A stretch of 64,000 nucleotides of DNA from Octopus sinensis. Lineage: Eukaryota. Below the pieces are notes generated by a model. The model was not told the DNA's origin and did no database searches. It saw nothing but the letters and a program-made list of their open reading frames with translations. The stretch covers positions 15,562,001-15,626,000 of the forward strand of contig NC_043025.1 in NCBI RefSeq assembly GCF_006345805.1. The letters run 5' to 3'. This document shows, piece by piece, positions 51,085 to 64,000 of this stretch (within the stretch, counting starts at the first letter, position 1; each line of letters begins with the position of its first letter). Both the position numbers and the translations under genes were made by a program.

Positions 51085-51490
51085 TTACCTATTTCTTTAC
51101 TACCCACAGGGGCTAAACACAGAGAGGACAAACAAGGACAGACAAACGGATTAAGTCAATTATATCGACCCCAGTGATTAACTGGTACTTATTTAATCGA
51201 CCCCGAAAGGATGAAAGGCAAAATCGACCTCGGCGGAATTTGAACTCAGAATGTAAAGACAGACAAAATACCTATTTCTTTACTACCCACAAGGAGCTAA
51301 ACACAGAGAGGACAAACGGATTAAGTCGATTATATCGACCCCAGTGCGTAACTGGTACTTATTTAATCGAACCCGAAAGGATGAAAGGCAAAATCGACCT
51401 CAGCGGAATTTGAACTCAGAACGTAAAGACAGACAAAATACCGCTAAGCATTTCGCCCGGCATGCTAATGTTTCTGCCAGGTCACCGCCT
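51085..51490 (-). mobile_element. SINE family 2 with tandem partial duplication
   Basis: The body CTATTTCTTTACTACCCAC...GAACTCAGAA occurs twice head-to-tail. Confidence 0.85.
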
Positions 51491-51700
51491 TACCATTATA
51501 CTAACTACAAAACCTACCAATATCACGGTGTTACTAATAATTACCACCACCACCACAGTGGTCTCTCCAAGTCTGAGAAAGACAATTGTGCAATTTCTTG
51601 TCGAGCAACCTGTACAAATGATTTTGTTTATGGTGACAAAATGGTTTGTGACATACAACTGGCTAACTCCTTCCATCAAATTAATATTTTTTGAACAGGT

Positions 51701-51789
51701 GCAAAGTGTGCCACATGGCCACGGGTGGCAAAGTGTGCCACATAGCCACGGGTGGCAAAGTGTGCCACATGGCCACGGGTGGCAAAGTG
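51701..51789. repeat. 27-bp tandem repeat x3
   Basis: GGCAAAGTGTGCCACATGGCCACGGGT, inside a family 5 SINE remnant. Confidence 0.9.
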
Positions 51790-51879
51790 ATCGCACAGCA
51801 ACAGGAGATGAAGTGGTTTGCTCAAGAACTCAATATATTAGAAATATTGAATTTCTAAATGTCTGAGAGAGACATGAGC

Positions 51880-52190
51880 GGTGGTGGAGCGATGGAGTGG
51901 TTGTATACTGTCAACAGAACGTGACTGTCCCGTAAGGGAATTACACCACCGCTATTTAGCCCTAGGAAGCATCAACGCTTCCTGTCGGCCTTGACACATT
52001 TCCCTATTTGCGAAGGGGAGGCAAGCACCCCCCGCCCAGCTAGGATTCACACCTGATATAAGGACACAGGAAATGTGTCAAAGCCGACAGGAAGCGTTGA
52101 TGCTTCCTAGGGCTAAACAGCAGTGATGTAATTCCCTTATGGGACTGTCGCGTTAAGTTGACAGTATACAAACACTATTGCTCCACCACC
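51880..52190. mobile_element. Foldback/MITE with ~120-bp arms and a 65-bp spacer
   Basis: Arms 51880-52003 and 52069-52190; the inner ~50 bp differ at one base. Confidence 0.85.
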
Positions 52191-52730
52191 TTGTGTATAT
52201 ATAAATATATATACACACAAATATATTCACATATTTTCGTATATATATATATGTATATAAATACATGTATGCAACCATATTCATATTTCCATATACACAT
52301 ATATATGTATATATAAAAACATATATACACATACACAAATATATTCACACATACATACACACACAAATATATTCACACACACACACAAATGTATTCACAT
52401 ACATATTTTCATAAACGTGTATATATAAATACATATACACACAAACAAATATATTCACACACACACAAATGTATTCACATACATATTTTCATAAATGTGT
52501 ATATATCAATACATATATACACACACAAATATATTCACATATACATATATAATGTCTATATGCATAGGCACAGGAGTGGCTGTGTGGTAAGTAGCTTGTT
52601 TACCAACCACATGGTTCCGGGTTCAGTCCCACTGCGTGGCACCTTGGGCAAGTGTCTTCTACTATAGCCTCGGGTGACCAAAGCCTTGTGAGTGGATTTG
52701 GTAGACGGAAACTGAAAGAAGCCTGTCGTA

Positions 52731-52778
<48 letters not shown>

Positions 52779-52990
52779 ATATATAGTTAATCCAAACAAG
52801 AAAGCACAAAAAAACACAACAACGCGAGGACGTGGAACAAATATAGTATTATTGGACGCTCAGATATATATAATTTAGATACATCCTCAGATTAGGTTGT
52901 GGCCCTAATACCGCTAGGATGTAGCAATGGGTGAAATACTGCTAAGCATTCCATTCCGGTAAACGGTTCTGCCAGCTCAACAATTGCTTA

Positions 52991-53180
52991 AAATTCGAAA
53001 TTGCAAGAATTTGGAGTCTGAAGACTGTAAAGGTTGTTTCTGTAATAATTGGTAGATTGGGAACTGTGAGTAAGGATATAGAGAAATGGTTGGAGGAGAT
53101 TGGAACGGAAGGTCCTGTAGAGCTTCTTCAGAAAGTTTACCTCTTAGAGACAGGAAAGGTTATCAGGAGGGTCTTAAGAC
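52991..53180 (+). pseudogene. R4/Dong-clade LINE C-terminal fragment
   Basis: FEIARIWSLKTVKVVSVIIGRLGTVSKDIEKWLEEIGTEGPVELLQKVYLLETGKVIRRVL. Confidence 0.75.
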
Positions 53181-53343
53181 TCTTGAAAGACTCTGGATAC
53201 CTGAGGTTACAGGTAACAACCTGCTACCCACATATATTCTGCCAGGAATAGGAACACACCTGAGTCAAATCATCAGTCATGATAATAATATATGCATCTT
53301 GATATGCAGGGGACGGGGGCTAAGTTCTCTTAAAACCCTTAAG

Positions 53344-53375
<32 letters not shown>

Positions 53376-53573
53376 CACACAGCTGGAGACAACAGCTGTT
53401 AATCTACTTTAATCCAATAGAGTAGATTTTAATATTAAAAACTTCTATATTAGGTTAAAGCTCTAGATTGGATTATTCGTTGTCATCATCATCATCATCA
53501 TCATGAAACATCCGTTTTCCATGCTGGCATGGGTTGGACAGTCTGAAAAGATTCAAGGACTCCATTGTGCTTC

Positions 53574-53706
53574 AATGTCTGGTCAGTCAGGGTTTGTCCA
53601 GCCGGATGCCCTTCCTAATGTCTGGTCAGTCAGGGTTTGTCCATCCGGATGACCTTCCTAATGTCTGGTCAGTCAGGGTTTGTCCAGCCGGATGCCCTTC
53701 CTAATG
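53574..53706. repeat. 43-bp tandem repeat x3 inside a family 3 copy
   Basis: AATGTCTGGTCAGTCAGGGTTTGTCCAGCCGGATGCCCTTCCT. Confidence 0.9.
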
Positions 53707-54585
53707 CCAACTGCTCTACAGAGTGTATAGTATTGCTCAGCCTGGCATATCAGACAATCTTAAGATGTTTAACTGAAGATTTGGGGGTCAGATCTCTAGC
53801 TGCCACTTAGTCTGACCCCCATCACAGCCACCAAACATACTGTGGGCTTTTGGTCAGCCAAAACTTAAACCGAAATGAGGATAGGCTTTAGAACCCTTTT
53901 AATAAGGGTCTAATCCATGTGTTGAGACATTCATTCTCATTTAGTCTGTCTGCTTGCCATGCTGGCAGGGTGAAGGCCTCTCGCTCAGAGGTTCTCACAT
54001 CTGATCAATGGTCAGGAGTTCAATTCCCAAAGGCACAATGTATCCTTGAGCAAGGTACTTCATTTCATGTTGCTCCAGTTCACTCGGCTGCCAAAAATGA
54101 GTTTCACCTGCAATTCAAAGGGTCAGCTGTGTTACATCCTGTGTCATACTGAATCTCCCTGACAACTGCATTAAGGGTACATGTTTCTGTGGAGCGCTCA
54201 GCCACTTGCACATTAATTTCACAAGCAGGCTGTTCCGTTGATCGGATCAACTGGAACCCTCATCGTTGTAACCGACAGAGTGCTATGATAGGTTGGACAG
54301 GGCACCCTTCCTAACACTGACCACTCCACGAAAAATGCATCCAGTACACTCTCTGAAGTGGTTGGCATTAGGAAGGGCATCCAACTGTGGAAATTATGTT
54401 AAAGGTTACACTGGAGCTTGACACTGCCTTCTGGCCCATCAGTTCGTGTCAAACTGTCCAACCCATGCCAGCATGGAAAAGGAACGTCAAATGATGATGA
54501 TAATGATGTATAGTAAACAAATAACAGGGTTCTCAACCATTTTTTACCAATGAATACATATAAAACAAAATTTTTTCAGGAGCCC

Positions 54586-54813
54586 TTAACCCTTTAGGGA
54601 TTAAACTGGCCATATCCGGCCAAAATATTCTACATATTTTATGTTCAAACTAGTCAGATATGGTCATTCATAGCCACCTAATTGTGTCATTTTAAAAATA
54701 AACAATTACATCATTGAAATCTCAAAGCCATGAAATGATGCAAGATTAATTTTACATGGTGTGAATACATAAGCTTTACATTTGACAGAATAATCTGAAT
54801 ACTAAAGGGTTAA
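54586..54813. mobile_element. piggyBac-type MITE
   Basis: TTAA-CCCTTTAG...CTAAAGGG-TTAA. Confidence 0.8.
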
Positions 54814-55970
54814 AACACCATTGTGGACCCCCAGTTTACTATTTTGTGATGTGAACTCCCAAAAATCTTATATAGATCCCAGGGGCCATATAGACTTTGG
54901 TTGAGGACCATTGATCTGCAACATACAGTTGATCAGTTGTTGGAAACAACACATGCTGTGGCATTATGTTATTTTAGATTAAATGCTGTTAACATGGCTC
55001 AAGGTTAGAATGTCTGGCTCACAATCCTGAGGTAGTGAGTTCGATTCTTGGACTGGGCTGTGCATTGTGTTCTTGAGCAAGACACTTTATTTCATGTTGC
55101 TCCAGTTCACTCAGTTGTGACGTCATTGGTGCCAAGCTGTATTGGCCCCTTTGCCTTTCCCTTGGATAACATTGGTGGCATGGAAAGGGGAGGCTGGTAT
55201 GCATCATAAAATAACCTTGCCTGGACTTGTGCCTCAGAGGGGAACTCTCTAGGTGCAATCTCATGGTCATTCATTAATGGGTTAAATATTTTGATTAAAT
55301 GTGAGTTTTAGATAAAAATATTTGTGGCAATTATTATTATTAAGGTAACGAACAGGCAGAACCATTAGCATGTCAGACAAAATGCTTTGCAGTATTTCAT
55401 CCATTTTTATATTCTGAGTTCAAATTATATTACGGTTACCTTTGCCCTTCATCCTTTTTGGGGTTGGTAAAATATGTATCAGTTGAGCACTGGGGTTGAT
55501 CTGATTGACTTCACTCTCTCCCACCCAACGTTGCTGGCCTTGTGCCAAAATTTGAAATTAATTATCAAGAGTAATGTTCCACTGGCTGACCACTTTGTGG
55601 TAATGGTTCAGATTTCATCCTGGCCATATAAGTCAAATCCTAGTTTTGAAGAAATCTTCTCAGGTTTAAATAAGCCAATTTGTACCCTACAATTTACGAT
55701 GCAACAAAATTACCTAAAACTGGCAGGATCCATGGAAATTTCACGGAACAAAAAAGATTACAAAGATCTGTTGAAGAAAGGATAATTTGCATTTTTATTG
55801 CATATAAATTCTGTTACTTGAACTTTAAATGATAGAAAAATATACAATAACAATTGAGACACTGCTTATTACTCAAATGGTTTGCAAGAATTCAATTCCA
55901 TTGAAACTACAATATGTAACTGCATATTCCTTATTATGCAATATTTTATAATACATTATATACATACATG

Positions 55971-56146
55971 TAGGTGCAGGAGTGACTGTGTGGCAAGTAA
56001 ATTGCTTACACACCACATGTTCCCAGGTTCAGTCTCACTGCGTGGCACCTTGGGCAAATGTCTTCTACTATGGCCTTGGGCAGACCAAAGCCTTGGGCAG
56101 ACCAAAGCCTTGTGAGTGGATTTCGTAGATGGAAACTAAAAGAAGC

Positions 56147-56194
<48 letters not shown>

Positions 56195-56388
56195 TTTGAA
56201 TTTGTCCCCTCCCCACATCGCTTGACAACTGATGCTGGTGTGTTTACGTCCCTGTAACTTAGTGGTTCAGCAAAAGAGACTGATAGAATAAGTACTAGGC
56301 TTACAAAGAATAAGTCGTGGGGCCAATTTGCTCGACTAAAGGCAGTGCTCCAGCATGGCCGCAGTCAAATGACAAACAAGTAAAAGAA
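55971..56388 (+). mobile_element. SINE family 1, full length
   Basis: Family 1 consensus; internal duplication of CCTTGGGCAGACCAAAG. Confidence 0.9.
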
Positions 56389-56799
56389 CAAAAAAAATGT
56401 ACACCAAACGATACAAAGAATATGCCCAATGTTCTCATTTGCATTTGTTTCAATTCCGTTGCAAATTAGAAAAAAGAAAACCAAGATCCATGGGTATTTT
56501 GCTAAGATATTTCACTTCCAGTCAGAATAATAAATTTTAAGCTTCCCCCTGCAAAACACTTTATATTTCTCTGTCTCTACCTCTTACTGTGTCATTACCC
56601 TCTTCACTTCATTAACATTTCTTTCTTTCTCTTCACCTCTCACTGCCACTAATCAAGTGACAACATGGTTTAGTGGGAGTAGCTATCTCATCTCACGCAC
56701 AATGGAAGTGGCAACACATCACCTCACACCCTCTCCCTCCTTCTCTGCCACTCACTCCACCTCTCTAACAAATGAACAAAAGGAATTATAATATATAGT

Positions 56800-57615
56800 C
56801 AAGTGAAATTGTAGTCGTGGCTGATGCCAGGCGTCACAAGGCGTCACATAACTGGCACCTGTGTCAGTGACTTATAAAAAGCACCGTTTGAGTGCCGGGG
56901 CCTCGGAGTGGCAATGTGGCCAATGCTGGTCTTGCGTAACTAGCACCTGTGCCAGTGACACATAAAAGCAACTTTCAGACATTGGGCCACATGGAGGCAT
57001 TGGGTCACATGGGGGCATTGGGCCACATGGAGGCATTGCACCACATGGAGGCATTGCACCACATGGAGGCATTGGGCTACATGTAGGCATTGGGCTACAT
57101 GGGGGCATTGGGCCACATAGAGGCATTGTGTCACATGGAAGCATTGGGCCACATGGAGGCATTGGACCACATGGAGGCATTGTGGCTGATGCTGGCGTCA
57201 CATAACTGGCACCCAAGTTGCTGGCATATAGAAAGCACCTTTAGAGTGTCAAGGCCTCATGGTGGCAATGTGACCAATGCCGGTCACATAACTAGCACCT
57301 GTGCCAGGGATATGTAAAAAGCACCTTTTGAGCTTTGGGCCTCACAGAGGCAATGACAGATGACCGAGACCTTTGGCAATATGCCATGCTTGAGTAGAAG
57401 ACCCATCAAGCAAAGTGAAATTATAATCGTGGAAGAAACTGAGGTCACACAATTGGCACCTGTGTCAGTAGCACGTAAAAGCACCCATTACACTGTCAGA
57501 GTGGTTGGCATTAGGAAGGGCATCCAGCTGTAGAAACCATGTCAATCAGACTGGAGTCTGGTGCCCTGGTCAAACCACCCAACCCATGCCTGTATGGACA
57601 ACATCAAATGATGAT
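56800..57615 (+). mobile_element. Family 3 retroposon with ~75-bp internal units and an 18-bp sub-array (56980-57182)
   Basis: GGCATTGGGCCACATGGA x about 11; reverse-strand relative of 2902-3470. Confidence 0.8.
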
Positions 57616-57658
57616 TTTGTTGCATCTTGGGAGGTACATTATACCAATTATAGACAGA

Positions 57659-57880
57659 CACTGGTCCAATTTCACTTCTTTATTATCAGTTAACTGGTTA
57701 ATTATTTAACCAATTAAACAAACCTGCAGAAGAGCAGGTACATTATTGATGATGAGGTTACCAATGGCAACAAAAGGACACTGTCAAACAACTGATTGTT
57801 TGACCAACTGTTCAAGCAAGCATCTGATTAGTTAAATGGTCAAATAACCAATTGATGAATAAAGTGAAATCAAACCAGTG
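57659..57880. mobile_element. Degenerate MITE
   Basis: CACTGGTCCAATTTCACTT...AAGTGAAATCAAACCAGTG imperfect TIRs. Confidence 0.45.
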
Positions 57881-57937
57881 CGTGTGTGTTTATTATTATT
57901 GGTACAACTAATCCTCCCAAACACAATAATAATGTTG

Positions 57938-57978
<41 letters not shown>

Positions 57979-58539
57979 CTTTACTCTTTTACTTGTTTCA
58001 GTCATTTGACTGTGGCCATGCTGGAGCACTGCCTTTAGTCGAGCAAATCGACCCCAGGACTTATTCTTTGCAAGCCTAGTACTTATTATATCGGTCTCTT
58101 TTTGCCGAACTGCTAAGTAACGGGGACGTAAACACACCAGCATCGGTTGTCAAGCGATGTTGGGGGGGGGGGAACAACACACACACACACATAAATATAT
58201 ATATATATATACATTTCTGAAACAAATTCAAAGCAACTCTATATCACAAATAAAACTTAACCTAATGAACCCATTTTTTTGTTGTTTTTACATGAACAGC
58301 TACCCCTTTATAGCCCCACTTTTCTTTAATGCCCCCTTGGAAATTTCCATCACCTCCCAGTGGGGCAATATCACCCAATTTGGGAACCACTGAAGGTTCT
58401 CAAATTGGGATGGATCCTGAGGGAAACAAGGACCAAAGAAGGGGTTGGGAGGAATGGCTGAAGCCTACTGAAGAGGAAGGCCGAGGAGAAGAGGAAAACT
58501 GAGAACGGTATGTGAAGAACAGTACCATCTCAAGACATG

Positions 58540-59190
58540 GACACACTGGGCAGTTGGCATAGGGGCCTCACTGGTTTTAGGGGTCAATTCTCATCTATGG
58601 ATGCTGTAGCTTGCTGTCAATAAATACATACTCTAGGGCCCAATGCTTTGATGTGCCAGAGGTGAGGGAGCAGAGCTTATGAGTCCACGGGCCCTGTCTG
58701 ATGTTGCATGCTGTCAAATACTCTAGGGATCAGTGCATTGCTATGCCAGAGGTGGGGGGACTCATGTGTCTAGGGACCCAGTTTTGATGTATGCTTTGGC
58801 TTGCAGTCAAATATTTTAGGGTCCATTGCATTGATTTGCTCAGAGGTAGGGGAGGGTCCCATGGGCTGATGAACCCGATTTTCTCTATGCTGTCGTTTGC
58901 AATCAATAAATACTCTAGGTTCAGTGTGTTGATATGCAGGAGAAGGAAGAGGGCAAGGGTCTAGTGACCCAATTTTGATCTACATATGCTGTGGTTTACT
59001 CTCAGTCAACACTCTAGGATCCAGCACATTGATTTGCCAGAAGTGGGGAAGGGGTCACAGGCCAAGGAGCCCAATTCTCATCTATGTATGATGTTTGCTG
59101 TTAAATACTTTTGAGTCCAGTGTAGATTTGCTGCAAGGTGAGGGCTCACAGGTCTGGGGGTCCAAACTGGACCTACATACACTGTGGGTC
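58540..59190. repeat. Cryptic diverged ~90-99-bp tandem array, 6 units
   Basis: AAATACTCTAGG-like anchors with the AG at 58635, 58725, 58818, 58917, 59016 and 59114. Confidence 0.8.
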
Positions 59191-59479
59191 ACTTATTTAA
59201 TAAATGGTACGGGGCCAAGTGGGGGAGACCTATAATGTTACTAAGACAGCCCTGGGTAAGAAGGATCATCTTGGGAGGTTAATGAACCTCACAAACAAGA
59301 TGACCAGGGATACCGGAGCAAAGGGTGAGAAACTGTGCTGAGATGACCCGTCCGATTCATGCAGCCATTGGGGGGGGAGACTCCCCCACCACAAAAAAGT
59401 CGAACAGATGTAACCTGATGATGATGAAGTATATACTGCAGTGATGTCATCACACTCAAACACAGACATGACCAACTAC

Positions 59480-62686
<3,207 letters not shown>

Positions 62687-64000
62687 AGCCGTAATCCTAT
62701 CTCTTCCCATCTCTTCCCATCTCTCAGCCATTGGCGGTCTTTCTTTTTTTTCCTCCTCTCACCATTACGATTCTATAATTTAAATTCCCAATTCAATTTC
62801 AACTCCCGTTCGATGTCCGCAGCAAGTTCTTAAAAATTTATCTTACTATTTTTATTCGTTGTAACTACGTTTCTTCATACATTGTTACGAAAATTTAACC
62901 TTTTTAGGCTTACTTTCAAGCCTTCGCCATAACTTGATTTATCTTTCTACCTCTTCTCTACAAAATTTAACTTAGGCCAGGCTACCTCAAGCCGTAATCC
63001 TATCTCTCCCATCTCTTCCCATCTCTCAGCCATTGGCGGTCTCTCTTTTTTTCCTCCTTCACCATTACGATTCTATAATTTAATTCCCAATTCAATTTCA
63101 ACTCCCGTTCGATGTCCGCAGCAAGTTCTTAAAAATTTATCTTACTATTTTTATTCGTTGTTACTACGTTTCTTCATACATTGTTACGAAAATTTAACCT
63201 TTTTAGGCTACTTTCAAGCCTTCGCCATAACTTGATTTATCTTCTTCCTCTCTCTCTACAAAAATTTAACCTTAGGCCAGGCTACCTCAAGCCGTAATCC
63301 TATCTCTTCCCATCTCTTCCCATCTCTCAGCCATTGGCGGTTCTTCTTTTTTTCCTCCTCTCACCATTACGATTCTATAATTTAAATTCCCAATTCAATT
63401 TCAACTCCCGTTCGATGTCCGCAGCAAGTTCTTAAAAATTTATCTACTTATTTTTATTCGTTGTACTACGTTTCTTCATACATTGTTACGAAAATTTAAC
63501 CTTTTTAGGCTACTTTCAAGCCTTCGCCATAACTTGATTTATCTTTCTACCTCTCTCTCTACAAAATTTAACCTTAGGCCAGGCTACCTCAAGCCGTAAT
63601 CCTATCTCTTCCCATCTCTTCCCATCTCTCAGCCATTGGCGGTCTTTCTTTTTTTTTCCTCCTCTCACCATTACGATTCTATAATTTAAATTCCCAATTC
63701 AATTTCAACTCCCGTTCGATGTCCGCAGCAAGTTCTTAAAAATTTATCTTACTATTTTTATTCGTTGTTACTACGTTTCTTCATACATTGTTACGAAAAT
63801 TTAACCTTTTTAGGCTACTTTCAAGCCTTCGCCATAACTTGATTTATCTTTCTACCTCTCTCTCTACAAAATTTAACCTTAGGCCAGGCTACCTCAAGCC
63901 GTAATCCTATCTCTTCCCATCTCTTCCCATCTCTCAGCCATTGGCGGTCTTTCTTTTTTTCCTCCTCTCACCATTACGATTCTATAATTTAAATTCCCAA
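62687..64000. repeat. ~302-bp tandem satellite, at least 4.3 copies, continues past the window end
   Basis: GCCGTAATCC starts at 62688, 62991, 63291, 63593 and 63898. Confidence 0.97.

Noticed and set aside
56872-57216. MPPCGP-repeat ORF on the minus strand
   Set aside because: An 18-bp sub-array within a retroposon; several frames are open by construction.

Overview
This is eukaryotic, AT-rich, repeat-saturated DNA with no protein-coding gene I can support. Nearly every entry in the ORF track is microsatellite or SINE read-through. From recollection, not a search, the repeat families look like Octopus or another coleoid cephalopod. The window holds dozens of tRNA-headed SINEs from at least 4 families, a (GAT)n-tailed RTE-LINE 3' family, and decayed LINE ORF fragments (R4/Dong, RTE, CR1, possibly Tx1). 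It also holds two Helitrons with textbook termini, several MITE families, and Penelope-like terminal fragments carrying minimal hammerhead ribozyme motifs. It ends in a 3.2-kb microsatellite followed by a ~300-bp satellite that runs off the window. Best leads: (1) hammerhead motifs in three unrelated repeat families, one with a non-canonical core; (2) many long foldbacks, including a spacer-less 305-bp palindrome beside an unlisted ~130-codon open frame; (3) a cryptic ~95-bp diverged array with periodic AG-25nt-GT signals; (4) an ungapped 82% inverted duplication around a perfect 12-bp array; (5) a well-formed 42-nt candidate minus-strand exon. Coordinates of decayed repeats are approximate.
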